Source: a virus
Taxonomy: Duplodnaviria; Caudoviricetes
Virus record (IMG/VR): IMGVR_UViG_3300037067_015585
Location: 32,001 to 96,000 of that record
Length of the DNA stretch: 64,000 nt
Reading direction: 5' to 3' (one strand)
Under the pieces are notes generated by a model, which had not been told where the DNA came from, did no database searches, and saw only the letters and a list, made by a program, of their open reading frames with translations. A program made the position numbers and the translations under genes. Of this stretch, positions 19,624 through 30,472 are shown in pieces (the first letter of the stretch is position 1; the number at the start of each line of letters is the position of its first letter).

Positions 19624-21243
19624 ATGATCGCTACAATAATAACAAACAGGACAATACAACTTTCTAATATTACTGTATGGGAAGAAGAAATATTAGATAA
19701 GAGATTTAGTGCATCACGCCCGACAGCCAGATTTATAGATGTATCTGGTGGATCTAGTTGGGATGGTATCTATCGCAAATACAATTGCGTGAACAAGACA
19801 CTTGCGCGACCTTTCCTGGGCGAGCTTCGTGCCTTATGCAAAGAAAAGGGATTATCATTATCAATACAAGATAAAAGACCAAAGGCAAAATATAAGCCAA
19901 TTGATATTTCTCTAATAAACGAAGATTTCCTACCAGGTATAAAATTAAAGCAATTCCAAATAGATGCAATTAAGACAATTTATAATACTGAAGTCGGAAT
20001 CGTAAATGTTACGATGGGTGGCGGAAAAGGCGAGCTAATAGCTGGAATATGCAAAGCAATGAAATGCCCAACAGCAATTATTGCCGAACAAATCCAAGTT
20101 ATAGAACAACTTAAGCAAAGATTGCGTCTGCGTGATGTGTGTCAGGAACCAGGGCTATTCTATGCTGGTAAAATGCCAGCTGGTGAATTAATTATTATTG
20201 GTTCGATACAATCATTAGTAAAGCCAAAACAAAAACCAGAAAAGCCATTGCTTGAAAATTTTAAGGATAGCAAATCTGGGACTGCTGAAAAGAAACACGC
20301 AAAAGCACTCACTAACTACGAAATAAAAATAAAAGCATATAGAAGTAGAGTAAAGAAAGCAGAGGCTTTACATAAGCTTATTGGATCATGCGAGATGCTT
20401 CTTGTAGATGAGTGCGATCTTGCTACATCAGCTACATATAAAAGCCTATTTAGATTCTGGTTCAAGGGCCGTAGAAGATATGGGATGACTGGTACTCCAT
20501 ATGATGAAGATAGACCAGTAGAAAATCTGGTATTACAAGAGCATCTTGGATCTGTAATTTATTCACAAGACAGAGAAAGTGTAGAAAAAACTGGCCTAAC
20601 TGTACCAATTTTATATTACGCATTAGCATTCGGAGAAGATGGCAATAAAGATGAGGCATCTGCCTTTGATATTGCAATCGACGAAATGATAGTCCATAAT
20701 GAAAAATTTCATCGATTCATAGCAGCATTGTGCAAGAAATTTGTTGATGATGGCACTCTAATCTTGGTCGAACGTGATGATCTTGGTTATGCATTACAAA
20801 AGCTAATACCAAATTCTGATTTCATTCACGGCAAAACGACTAAGAAAAGAAGGCCGGAAATTATAAAAGCATTTGAATCGCGTGAATTAAAAGTTCTTAT
20901 TGGCGGAAAGAATGTTAGACGTGGTTTAGATTTAAAGGGTGGTTGTGAGAATTTAATACTTGCTACGGGCGGCAAGATGGCGTCAGAATTTAAGCAGCGA
21001 ATAGCAAGAGCTGCCAGAATAAATAAAAAAGGGCATGCCAGAGTTTTCGACATCTATTTTCTATGCAATAAATATCTTTACGCACATTCAAGGAAGAGAT
21101 TCAAAGCTGCGGTGAAAGCCGGATATGTTTCTAAAGTAGTATTCAGTACCGGTAGCGTCGAAGGCGAAAAGTTTATAAAATCAAGATTTCATAAACCAAA
21201 GCCAAAGAGAAAAGACCTACCGGGACAAAAGAAGCTATTCTAA
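19624..21243 (+). CDS. uvsW: SF2 DNA helicase, UvsW-like
   Basis: FQ motif, TMGGGKG, VDECD, GMTGT, RGLD, QRIARAAR. Confidence 0.85.
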   Translation: MIATIITNRTIQLSNITVWEEEILDKRFSASRPTARFIDVSGGSSWDGIYRKYNCVNKTLARPFLGELRALCKEKGLSLSIQDKRPKAKYKPIDISLINEDFLPGIKLKQFQIDAIKTIYNTEVGIVNVTMGGGKGELIAGICKAMKCPTAIIAEQIQVIEQLKQRLRLRDVCQEPGLFYAGKMPAGELIIIGSIQSLVKPKQKPEKPLLENFKDSKSGTAEKKHAKALTNYEIKIKAYRSRVKKAEALHKLIGSCEMLLVDECDLATSATYKSLFRFWFKGRRRYGMTGTPYDEDRPVENLVLQEHLGSVIYSQDRESVEKTGLTVPILYYALAFGEDGNKDEASAFDIAIDEMIVHNEKFHRFIAALCKKFVDDGTLILVERDDLGYALQKLIPNSDFIHGKTTKKRRPEIIKAFESRELKVLIGGKNVRRGLDLKGGCENLILATGGKMASEFKQRIARAARINKKGHARVFDIYFLCNKYLYAHSRKRFKAAVKAGYVSKVVFSTGSVEGEKFIKSRFHKPKPKRKDLPGQKKLF

Positions 21244-23405
21244 CCAGCTTTGTTGATAAGTGGTAGATGTACTTCACATCTGTCACCATCACAGAACTTA
21301 GAGCCAATAGCATCTTCGGTATTCTTCTTATCTTCTAAGAAATATTTCTCAAAATCAATCGGCTTCAGTTTAGCATTGTAAGCTTCAACTTCTTCTTTTG
21401 TAGCTGATTGATATGGTGCTTGTGGATATCCGTGATCTAAGTAAGGCAAGAAACTAACACCCTTCAATTCGTCATCAAACGATTCGAGGACATATGGTAT
21501 ATCTTTGGCTTCTTCTGGTTTGAATTGAATTGTACACGACACTTGATTGTCCGCCCAATATCGTTGATAGTCAACGGCATTCTTTGTTTGTTGCCAAATT
21601 GAGATTTCTGATACTGTCGGGATGTCTGGCTCAGATACACCAAAACAAACGACGCTAGTTTTATCGTCAGTGGTGGCCTTCTCAACTTTGTAGCCAGCCT
21701 CAATTAATGCCTTGACTAAGATACTATCACTAGAGATACGGACATTTCTCCAATATGATCGCGTTGGTGCGATTGTGAAATGCACACCTGCTGTCGCACC
21801 TGCAAGCAATGAAACAGAACCGCTTGGCTTTACGCTGGTACGTTTTATCGACTTACTGACGCACAGCCATTCAGAGTAAATGTCGTCCCAATGGCGTACA
21901 ACATCATATCCCTTATTACAAAACTCTGATAATACTTGGCGTCGACCAAATTTGGCAAAAGCCTGAATAATGCCGCTCTGTGATAGTCCTATACGTCTAT
22001 TTCTCAACAAGACCGCATTAGTTTTTTTGCAATGCGTTGGCAACAATGTGACCGTCTTGGCATATAGATAAGCGAATTTTAGCGTCCTGTGATAATCCGC
22101 TGCATCATCGTGATGCGCTGGAAATGTCTCACACAAGCAGCACAGTTCACCGTCTTCTAACGATTGCTCACCACACGGGTTAGTGCCGATTGCTCTCTTA
22201 TCGATTCCTTCCTTGCGGCCATCGATAGTGCGGCAAAAATTCTGCACATTATCAAGCCACAAACATCCTGGTTCGCCATTTTCTGAAATCTGGCTAGCAA
22301 CACCACGATAATCCATACCGACTTTAGCGAAGATTGAATTATTTGAAGCCCACCTATGCGATATTAGTTGTTCGCCAAACAACGTCTTATCCTTCATCTG
22401 CATATAATCCCAGTCAGCTGGATCGCCAAGTGCGATTTCGCTAGACCTTCGAACATTTCCGGCAACCACACACCTGCCGATAAAGTTCATAAGATCAACA
22501 ATATCAACAGACGTAATAATTGGGTTCTTACGTCTTAAAATGTTATGGAAATGTTTCGACACCATCTTGTGTAAGTCTTTAAGTACGTCTGGTCCGCTAG
22601 CCTTTCCGCCAAATCCCTTAATTTCAGCACCAGCTCGACGGATCGGCGAATAATCAAACTTCACAATCCCAAGTTCTGGCCTGTTTGTAAATGACTCAAT
22701 CAACGCTCTTAATGAGTCAACCCAACCTTCACGTGAATCGTCAATAACCCAAATAGTTTCCGTGTCGTTCGGTTTAATAACGCTTATTTTATTCGCGCCA
22801 CATGTATCAAATCCGACACCAACACCAAGCATCGACATATCCATAACAAAACAGAATGGCCATGCCGGATCTTCAGCAATATTTCTAGTACTACAAAAGC
22901 CGCAGTTATTCAAGCTTGCTGATCCGAGTTTCCACATGTGCGGGGTGCCCATCACCCACAGGCCACGACCAGGAGGAAGGAATTTGAAATCCCACATTCT
23001 CTGGAACATCTCTTGGGCAGACTTTTGTGCTTTAGCACGTCCCCATGGTAGCGCCATACCGCCAAAAGCGATATTGTCGTTCTTTTCAGTGTTGTCGTCC
23101 TTTTCAACACTATCCTTTTTCCCTGTACTGCACCATTGCCTTTGAATTTCATAACACCCCTCGACGACACGTTGTAATGTGTCGGCGAACGTCTCTTTGG
23201 TGCCATCTTCTTTGAGACGAGAATATGTTCTGTAGAAAACAAACTCGCCAAGACCATTATAACCAAATTTCGGCTTCTTACCAGCGAATTTAGCTATAAA
23301 TGCCGGATCTAGTTTGAATGGCGCGTTATCTTTATGCTGTTTGCGTCCATTTTTTGAAACTGGGTTCTTAGCGGTAGTTGGTGCTGGTTTTACTAACGTT
23401 GGCAC
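21240..23405 (-). CDS. nrdJ: Class II (B12-dependent) ribonucleotide reductase, monomeric type
   Basis: RTYSR, PPGRGLW, LNNC, GNVRRS, TNPCGEQ, VKPSGSVS, C-terminal CDGDRC. Confidence 0.93.
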   Translation of the reverse strand: MPTLVKPAPTTAKNPVSKNGRKQHKDNAPFKLDPAFIAKFAGKKPKFGYNGLGEFVFYRTYSRLKEDGTKETFADTLQRVVEGCYEIQRQWCSTGKKDSVEKDDNTEKNDNIAFGGMALPWGRAKAQKSAQEMFQRMWDFKFLPPGRGLWVMGTPHMWKLGSASLNNCGFCSTRNIAEDPAWPFCFVMDMSMLGVGVGFDTCGANKISVIKPNDTETIWVIDDSREGWVDSLRALIESFTNRPELGIVKFDYSPIRRAGAEIKGFGGKASGPDVLKDLHKMVSKHFHNILRRKNPIITSVDIVDLMNFIGRCVVAGNVRRSSEIALGDPADWDYMQMKDKTLFGEQLISHRWASNNSIFAKVGMDYRGVASQISENGEPGCLWLDNVQNFCRTIDGRKEGIDKRAIGTNPCGEQSLEDGELCCLCETFPAHHDDAADYHRTLKFAYLYAKTVTLLPTHCKKTNAVLLRNRRIGLSQSGIIQAFAKFGRRQVLSEFCNKGYDVVRHWDDIYSEWLCVSKSIKRTSVKPSGSVSLLAGATAGVHFTIAPTRSYWRNVRISSDSILVKALIEAGYKVEKATTDDKTSVVCFGVSEPDIPTVSEISIWQQTKNAVDYQRYWADNQVSCTIQFKPEEAKDIPYVLESFDDELKGVSFLPYLDHGYPQAPYQSATKEEVEAYNAKLKPIDFEKYFLEDKKNTEDAIGSKFCDGDRCEVHLPLINKAG

Positions 23406-24058
23406 AGTGTCATTCTCCAGTCATTTCCTAAAATTGTTTTTGCTCGTGACCTAAAATCGTCATCCTTCAAGAAATTGTTTGCTAAGCAATACAATTCCGA
23501 TTCTGATGGTAATGAATCACGTTCATCAGGTGCAGTTATGGTCAATTTTGATAGAGCCTCTGTACATACCATTGACATAGCCAGGTACATGTCGTTGATA
23601 CCATTGCTTTTGTACCATCTAACAATATTACGTGGTCCATCGAATGACTCACGATTAAGAAGAACACTTATAGGTGATTTGTTGTTATATTTTGATGTGA
23701 TGAATTTGTGTATTGCTTTTAGTCGTATTATTCTATCATTTGTTTTCGCAGAATGTTTTTGCATGCGATCGTAGCATATATCCATCATATTATCTTGCAA
23801 GAATATCGACAAACCCTTATGCAATAAATTCTTCTCTTTGAAATAACCAACAGCTATATTGATAAATGCTTTTGCTGTTGGTTTATCTAATCCCCATTCA
23901 TCTATTTTGCACGCAAGCCGTGTAACATATCGCCACTGATAAGTTTTTTGTGGATTCGTATTCTTTGGAAATACCAACTTCATGCCATTTATCGCAAAAG
24001 CTTCCTGACACCATTTCCATGTACGTAATGTTGCTGGGGCTTCTAGTATTTGAGTCAT
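23393..24058 (-). CDS. Hypothetical protein
   Basis: About 220-aa ORF with an AAGGTG RBS. Confidence 0.6.
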   Translation of the reverse strand: MTQILEAPATLRTWKWCQEAFAINGMKLVFPKNTNPQKTYQWRYVTRLACKIDEWGLDKPTAKAFINIAVGYFKEKNLLHKGLSIFLQDNMMDICYDRMQKHSAKTNDRIIRLKAIHKFITSKYNNKSPISVLLNRESFDGPRNIVRWYKSNGINDMYLAMSMVCTEALSKLTITAPDERDSLPSESELYCLANNFLKDDDFRSRAKTILGNDWRMTLCQR

Positions 24059-24098
24059 TTGTTCACCTTTCACGACACTCTAATACTACAAAACACTC

Positions 24099-24404
24099 AT
24101 GGCAAAATCAGAAAAAGATAGCATCAAGAAGACCCAAGAAGTCACACAACAAACATCACAACAAAATGACGTGCAAAAGGATGCACGAGTAGAGTTTGAA
24201 CAGCGATTTAACTTTTTTATGACCCAATTCCGCACAGTTTGCGAAGAGGCTAAAACGCCGGTTGCGATAGCCATAGTTTTAGACGCCGAGCATCCAGAAA
24301 CTCCATTTATCTACAGCCATGGCCATATATATGATCAAGCACTAATTCTGGCCGAGGTACTGCGTAAATTGAAAGATGAAATAAAAACGAATTTATCGAC
24401 TTAA
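24099..24404 (+). CDS. Hypothetical protein
   Basis: 101-aa ORF filling the gap between minus-strand genes. Confidence 0.6.
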   Translation: MAKSEKDSIKKTQEVTQQTSQQNDVQKDARVEFEQRFNFFMTQFRTVCEEAKTPVAIAIVLDAEHPETPFIYSHGHIYDQALILAEVLRKLKDEIKTNLST

Positions 24405-24405
24405 A

Positions 24406-24822
24406 TTATTCTATCGATTCGACAAATAGATTTGCTATTCTACTTCTTAACGAATCATATGGCAGCGCGTCGTAGCAATCTAATAATAATTTACATATGG
24501 GATTGTGCTTGTCCATTTCAAGACGATGTACAAATAAATCTAATGATGGCGGACATTTCAAACTAATAAATGACTGCCCCCATGTTTTATTTATCTGATC
24601 TATAACTGACGGTATTAACATATCTGATTCATCGCCATATGTCCCGCGTATAGCACCCTCGACAGAGGCTAAAACTTTGCCTTTAGTGGTATGAATATAC
24701 GCTTTTGTTGGATCTTGATCAAATACGATTAACCACAATGGTATGACTTTATCGTCTAATATCGTTTCGCTATAATTGATTAATGATTCCACCGGTAGTT
24801 CGTCTTTCAATATCATTGTCAT
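24406..24822 (-). CDS. Hypothetical protein
   Basis: 138-aa ORF; start uncertain because it overlaps the cupin gene. Confidence 0.5.
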   Translation of the reverse strand: MTMILKDELPVESLINYSETILDDKVIPLWLIVFDQDPTKAYIHTTKGKVLASVEGAIRGTYGDESDMLIPSVIDQINKTWGQSFISLKCPPSLDLFVHRLEMDKHNPICKLLLDCYDALPYDSLRSRIANLFVESIE

Positions 24823-25135
24823 CTAATGCAACCCAATAGATTTCGATCACGTCTGAATCTTCAAGAGCTTCAAATTTGTGCCATACAAGCGGCTGTATAT
24901 CAGTACACATACCACTTGTCAGCACGACTTCGTCTTGTAAATCGCCTCTAAAAATAGTTATCTTCATTCTCCCTCGAAGTATAAAAAATCGAGAGAATTT
25001 GCATGTATGACGATGTTCGGAACAATAACCACTACTAAGAGACAATAATCTATTGACCTCTATACTATTTAAACAAAATATGCTCTGAGTCGTACCCCAT
25101 GCTTTTCCATTAACTGGCCCAACTGGTATGTGCAT
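24770..25135 (-). CDS. Cupin-domain protein
   Basis: KAWG, CSEHRH, WHKF, VIEIY cupin motifs. Confidence 0.75.
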   Translation of the reverse strand: MHIPVGPVNGKAWGTTQSIFCLNSIEVNRLLSLSSGYCSEHRHTCKFSRFFILRGRMKITIFRGDLQDEVVLTSGMCTDIQPLVWHKFEALEDSDVIEIYWVALDDNDIERRTTGGIINQL

Positions 25136-26754
25136 TATATTCGTGATTTTTCGTAGAAGAATTTGACGTTTCGACTACCTTCAACAATGATTTCGTTTAT
25201 CCCAACACCAGCACTTGTAGAATCGGCCAATGCATTTGTCTGTAATATGTTGTTCGCTGGACTAAACAGATCAACATAAGAGACGCCATCTACCTTTGAC
25301 ACTGTTTCAATGATGTCCGATACGTACAATGGCTGTCCCATTTCCCTATTATTTACATTGAAAAATGAATCTAAAGCCGCGTTCACGTTAGTGCGAACAA
25401 CTGATGAGTCAGCATTGCGACTCACAACAACAGTCATATCTGTTAAAATGGATTTAATCGTACCATCTAGCACACTAACAGTATCTGTTAAAACATTGTA
25501 TTCACTAATATAAGTCGCTATCGCCTGTTTTAATCCCAAACTTGGTGTTACTAACCCACTAGAACCATATGCCAATACATATAATTCCACAAGATTAGTG
25601 TTAATATCAGTACGTACTGTTGCAATCGCCTTTGCAGCAGATCCATATACTGGACTAGTGAAACTACTTGCAACTTGTGCGTAATCAGAAGCTGTAGTAA
25701 TACTAGCAGGTCTCGATGGAGCAAACGCCCTAACAGCAAAATCTCGCGGTGCTCGTTGCCTGGCTTGATCTAAAGTTTCTCTGTCCGTTCCGCCAGAGCT
25801 AGATGTTAAATTTCTAAACATCACTTGCACCGGCGCAGTCGAACTCTTCCCATATATTGGCGATATTGATCTTGATATATTTATAGCATAGCCACCAATT
25901 CTACCTCTGACGCCGCCACCGACACGATAATTAACTACAATCTTTTGACCAGCAAGCGGAGCTTTGCCATGTATATCGTTACCAAACAATAAGTTAATGT
26001 GATCAGAATAAAATGTAGCATTAACTACTTCTGAATTTGCAGTGTAAGTTTCTAATGGATCTGTTGTTACTGTCCAATATGTAGATGAATCACCAGAGAA
26101 AACTTCGACAGTGATCGGATTTTCAAGAATATTGTCTGCCTTAATTGAATATGTCTGATTTGCGCCACCGGGACTATATAACTTAGCCGGTCCGCCAAAT
26201 CTCCCCTCAATTCCATATCCTATAACACCACGTTTTCCGGCTGGAATTGTGATTGGGCTTGTGAAATCGCCTGGTGCACGAAATAGCTCATAATATAATG
26301 GTAATCCGTCTGGTCCAGATATAGAGAATCTTGTGCCCGCATCAACACTAATACTTATTGTTAATGCCGACTGTACTGAAACTTCTATATCAGTGACTGC
26401 TGGGGTTTGTGCTTTAATTGTCTGATTAATTAATGCCAAATGCTCTAGGAGCGCGGCTTCTGTTTGGCATGTTGGTAAGAACGCCTCATTAGCTAATAGA
26501 TCAGATCGAAGACTCAATTTAGCAACATTGCTAGCTTGAGTCTCTATTAGCATCATTATTCCGCTATGTGCAACCCAATCATTAAAATCATCAGGATAAT
26601 ATGTCCTGATATATTCTATCATCGCACGTCTTGACGTATCAAAATCTAATGCACTGAAGTCAATACGTCGCAACTTGGCCGGAGGCAGCATAACGCTAAA
26701 TTCGTCCGGTGACAATGGTAGATCAAAAAGAGTATTTTCTAGTGCATCGCTCAT
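25135..26754 (-). CDS. Baseplate wedge protein, gp6/J-like
   Basis: IDFSALDF...YPDDFND, FGNDIHG, YRVGGG, GGTDRET, TASDY. Confidence 0.9.
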   Translation of the reverse strand: MSDALENTLFDLPLSPDEFSVMLPPAKLRRIDFSALDFDTSRRAMIEYIRTYYPDDFNDWVAHSGIMMLIETQASNVAKLSLRSDLLANEAFLPTCQTEAALLEHLALINQTIKAQTPAVTDIEVSVQSALTISISVDAGTRFSISGPDGLPLYYELFRAPGDFTSPITIPAGKRGVIGYGIEGRFGGPAKLYSPGGANQTYSIKADNILENPITVEVFSGDSSTYWTVTTDPLETYTANSEVVNATFYSDHINLLFGNDIHGKAPLAGQKIVVNYRVGGGVRGRIGGYAINISRSISPIYGKSSTAPVQVMFRNLTSSSGGTDRETLDQARQRAPRDFAVRAFAPSRPASITTASDYAQVASSFTSPVYGSAAKAIATVRTDINTNLVELYVLAYGSSGLVTPSLGLKQAIATYISEYNVLTDTVSVLDGTIKSILTDMTVVVSRNADSSVVRTNVNAALDSFFNVNNREMGQPLYVSDIIETVSKVDGVSYVDLFSPANNILQTNALADSTSAGVGINEIIVEGSRNVKFFYEKSRI

Positions 26755-27200
26755 GTCGAGGCTCCTGGTGCTGGTACTGATGTGTTTAATAGAAACGCTA
26801 CTGTCGGATCATAACTCATATTACCAGTTATTGAAATCTTGAGCAGCAACTCATCAGGTACCGTTACTAATTGAACACCAACATCAATCAGTCTTGGCTC
26901 GTTGTTTTTTATTGCTTGTAGTATATTAGCTTGTAAGTCTGATATAATTCTACTTGTCATAGGCTCGAATACTGTCGAGCGTATTTTCGTGCCAAATGTT
27001 GGCCTCTGTACACGTTCGCCTGGGATAGTTAGTAATAACTGTAATATATCATTTTTTACAAGGCGCATATCAGTCTGTCGTGGTAATATCCCAAGATAGC
27101 GGTTGGGTTCAGCGTCGTTTTGGTTTGTGTTGATAGCAGTTTGAATAGTCGAGAGAAACGGCGGATTAAACCCGAAATATATCGCTTTTGTTGTACTCAT
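26751..27200 (-). CDS. Baseplate wedge / sheath initiator, gp25-like
   Basis: LLLTIPGERVQRPTFGT...FEP...EPR. Confidence 0.9.
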   Translation of the reverse strand: MSTTKAIYFGFNPPFLSTIQTAINTNQNDAEPNRYLGILPRQTDMRLVKNDILQLLLTIPGERVQRPTFGTKIRSTVFEPMTSRIISDLQANILQAIKNNEPRLIDVGVQLVTVPDELLLKISITGNMSYDPTVAFLLNTSVPAPGAST

Positions 27201-27208
27201 ACTGCACC

Positions 27209-27916
27209 TCATCTCACCATCTGTGCTATAGCTATAATTTGGTTTTCCAAACTAGATGCACTACTAGCTTGTGTATTCGCTAGTACAATAAGAGAACTAG
27301 CCTGGGCTTGTAGCTCGACAAGCTTAGTTCGTAATGAGCCTAGTACTCCTTGAAGGGAGCTATCATATCGCACAAGATTAACCAATGCATCGATCGCTTT
27401 TTGTGTTTCGTTTTGATTTTTCTGGTTTTCTAGGATCGACGTTTCAGTATTAATTCTAGCTTGCCTCACAGCACTCAATGCTGCATTGAGTGCTGTGAAT
27501 TGTGTATCAGCAGAATTATTAATAGCAATTATGTCTGCGTCAGAAATACCGAGAGAAGATAAATCTAGTGTGTTAGTATTATGCTGAACTTCTAACGAAT
27601 TAGAGACAAGCATTGGTCGAAGAGTTGATGTTTTTGCTGCAGTGAACTCAAGTATTTGTCCGACCTCATATTGTTTCTTAGAAGAACCAATTAATGATGC
27701 GTTCGAAATAGTATTTGTGTAAAGCCGTTGTCCGCTAGGTTTGGTAGTATTTATCGTATATCGCTGTCTCCTCTCTATAGCCTCTGGTAATTGTACCTCT
27801 AACAATATACCATTGGGCGGAGATGTCATACTTATAGTGTACGTGACATTCCCGTTATCAGATGCAACTTGCGGGATTACTGGCAAATACGATGCTGTTG
27901 GGTATCTTATAATCAC
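27209..27916 (-). CDS. Hypothetical virion-region protein with C-terminal coiled coil
   Basis: 235-aa ORF inside the baseplate cluster. Confidence 0.55.
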   Translation of the reverse strand: MIIRYPTASYLPVIPQVASDNGNVTYTISMTSPPNGILLEVQLPEAIERRQRYTINTTKPSGQRLYTNTISNASLIGSSKKQYEVGQILEFTAAKTSTLRPMLVSNSLEVQHNTNTLDLSSLGISDADIIAINNSADTQFTALNAALSAVRQARINTETSILENQKNQNETQKAIDALVNLVRYDSSLQGVLGSLRTKLVELQAQASSLIVLANTQASSASSLENQIIAIAQMVR

Positions 27917-27954
27917 TTAATATATTTGGGCTAAAACTATAGTTATTGTTCCAA

Positions 27955-30180
27955 TTAAGTTTCGCTATCGTCGTCTTCGTCGTCTTCTGCGATATCTGTA
28001 TTAATTTCTAATTTCTTGTTATATCTCTCACCACGATTTGTAGGTTCTAACTGCGGTGTAGTAGATGGCGTAAGAACATCAGGTGGGCTTACTATACCAG
28101 CAATTATTTCTTTATTCACGATAATGGCACCAGAATTCACTTCAAGTGCACCACCTCCACCCATCAACACTACCCTATTATTACTACGTACAGTAACATC
28201 ATTAGCAGCAAATACTTTCACATTTTGTTGTGCTATAACTTCTACATCGCCGCTGCAAGCAATTTGAATTTTACCACTCTCATCATTTCTAATAACTATT
28301 TCTTTCTTTATCTCATCAAACCACCAGCAAATTTTTACAGAATTTGGATACTGTCTTGCACGGCATACTGTCAATTTTTCTTTGCCAGAAAACCACAACC
28401 CACGAGCATCTAAATCAACCAATTCAGTCCAAGGATCGTCACCCTTACTGCCATCTCTACATTCTAAACCCTGTTGAATTCCTTGTCGCGCTTGTGGATT
28501 AACTATGTCGCCCCACGGCATATCGTCTGAATTACCACCAGCGGTTTTTAATCTAATATATTCGTTATGAAAATCTAACTTCAGATGATGAGATTTTAAT
28601 TCTGTATCATCGGCGACTAATGGGTCTTCTAAAAATTCGTTATCTTTGATACCTTTCCATGGCATCGGATATGACGATTTATTACCGATCATAACATATT
28701 GTAATTTATCATTTATTTGTATAGTCGATCCTAATGGGCTACCCCATGTTGTTTGATTAACCTGATCCTTCTCATTGACTTCCCAATAAAACCCTTTGGG
28801 GCTCTCATCAACAGTTGCACCTTGAGCGCCAGGAGTCCGTCGTCCCTTTAATAATATTCCATATCCTCGTGGATTCTCTTTAGTATCAGCATCTTTAGTA
28901 TCAGTACCACGATCATCAATTACAAATTTATACCCATATCTGCTGACCCAACGTATCCATCTAGCATCACCAGTCCAATATTCATCTTCATTTTCTGTAT
29001 TTGCTCCAACTTCATCTAATAATAAGCGTTTCACAAAAGTATCTTCAATCGGATCAAATCCAATATCTGACATTTGGAATAGCATACCACCTTTTGTACG
29101 CAGTTTTATCCATCGTTCGTCTAATTCACTATCAGATATTGTGCGTTGATTGTCATATTCGCCTTCCCTTGTCCAATTCCAACCAACATCACGCATCTCG
29201 AATTTATGACCATATCTTGTTAGTGACATAAATCTACGTTGATCTACGTCAGTAGTAGCACCCTCATTTATTAATTGTTGAATATATTTCCAACGTGCTA
29301 TCTCCCATTGCTCGTCCTTTTCAACATCGCCATAAAATTCACCTGTAGCGCCGGTCGCACCATAAGCGCCACCAGAAGAATTAACAGGCCCGTCTGGACC
29401 AGTTTCATCACTATCTTCATCTTCTTCGTCTGGATTACGCTTTCGCCAGATATATCCTTGATCTCCCATTAACAATATATGGCCGTACTTACTTATCCTA
29501 GCCATATACTTGCCATCTGGATCATTCATCTTCGGTGGCAGCGTAGTTTGTTTATATGGCGTTTCCTTTCCACTATCGTCTTTATTAGCTTGTGCTTGTA
29601 ATGGATCATTGTCTGGGCTTGGCGGAGCAGCTTGGTGCTCCACAGGAAAGAAGCCAACAGCATTAGATATGTCTAAATTGCCATATCGATCCTGAAAACC
29701 AGTACTCATTGGGCGCGAATCATATGGCAAATAGTCAGGATCATAATCATCTGGTGGTTGTATTGGGTTGCCATCCTGATCTACTACATCGCCGTTCGCG
29801 TCTACTGGCAATGGTGTTACACCAGAGACAGAAGGATAAGGATAAAACTTTCTCCTAGTTGGAGTGCAAAAACCTGTCCATACCGGCCCATATGGATGTT
29901 GCTTCTCAAATGTAATCCAAACCCAATCTCCTATACATGGACTCGTCCAAGAACCAGCACGCCTACCGCCTAGCGAAAATTGCGATACGGCCCACGGACA
30001 CTCTTGGGGCGGTAAATCAAAATCATGCATTTCTGGGCATTTAAACCTTATCCTGTGCATACATAATGGATCATCAGTCTCAACAACAAGTGCCCTGTAC
30101 ATCCCAGGGAAGCGTTCATCAAGCGGACGCTCTCTAGCATTTAAAAACCGATCTAATCCGATTGTTGAATTATCACTCAT
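27955..30180 (-). CDS. Baseplate spike/hub, gp5/VgrG-like OB-fold protein
   Basis: GMYRALVVETDDP...RIRFKCP...WA...P.IGDWVWITFE...PVWTG OB-fold signature. Confidence 0.8.
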   Translation of the reverse strand: MSDNSTIGLDRFLNARERPLDERFPGMYRALVVETDDPLCMHRIRFKCPEMHDFDLPPQECPWAVSQFSLGGRRAGSWTSPCIGDWVWITFEKQHPYGPVWTGFCTPTRRKFYPYPSVSGVTPLPVDANGDVVDQDGNPIQPPDDYDPDYLPYDSRPMSTGFQDRYGNLDISNAVGFFPVEHQAAPPSPDNDPLQAQANKDDSGKETPYKQTTLPPKMNDPDGKYMARISKYGHILLMGDQGYIWRKRNPDEEDEDSDETGPDGPVNSSGGAYGATGATGEFYGDVEKDEQWEIARWKYIQQLINEGATTDVDQRRFMSLTRYGHKFEMRDVGWNWTREGEYDNQRTISDSELDERWIKLRTKGGMLFQMSDIGFDPIEDTFVKRLLLDEVGANTENEDEYWTGDARWIRWVSRYGYKFVIDDRGTDTKDADTKENPRGYGILLKGRRTPGAQGATVDESPKGFYWEVNEKDQVNQTTWGSPLGSTIQINDKLQYVMIGNKSSYPMPWKGIKDNEFLEDPLVADDTELKSHHLKLDFHNEYIRLKTAGGNSDDMPWGDIVNPQARQGIQQGLECRDGSKGDDPWTELVDLDARGLWFSGKEKLTVCRARQYPNSVKICWWFDEIKKEIVIRNDESGKIQIACSGDVEVIAQQNVKVFAANDVTVRSNNRVVLMGGGGALEVNSGAIIVNKEIIAGIVSPPDVLTPSTTPQLEPTNRGERYNKKLEINTDIAEDDEDDDSET

Positions 30181-30470
30181 AACAACTCACTTGTAATTAT
30201 CGATCTAATTGGTACTTTAATAGTACTTCCTGCACTAGGCCAGTTCAGCGCATCTGCAGCATTATTTACAGCTATCAACACCCAATCAAGTGATGAGTCA
30301 CCGTATAATTCATTTGCAATCAAATCTGGTCTACCTGCATATTGGGCACCTACAGAAATCACAGTTAAATTCTTATATATATTGTTTGTGATTGGGCTAG
30401 CCCATCTACCATATGTTTCGTTATTATCAAATAGTACAGAATCAGTCCGTGAAAATCTTGAGTATGCCAT
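30177..30470 (-). CDS. Baseplate wedge protein, gp53/LysM-like
   Basis: GRPDLIANELYGDSSLDWVLIAVN...GSTIKVP. Confidence 0.85.
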   Translation of the reverse strand: MAYSRFSRTDSVLFDNNETYGRWASPITNNIYKNLTVISVGAQYAGRPDLIANELYGDSSLDWVLIAVNNAADALNWPSAGSTIKVPIRSIITSELL

Positions 30471-30472
30471 AA

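Noticed and set aside
15492-23405. Inteins or introns in terminase, helicase or NrdJ
   Set aside because: The ORFs are continuous and near normal length, and I saw no intein splice motifs.
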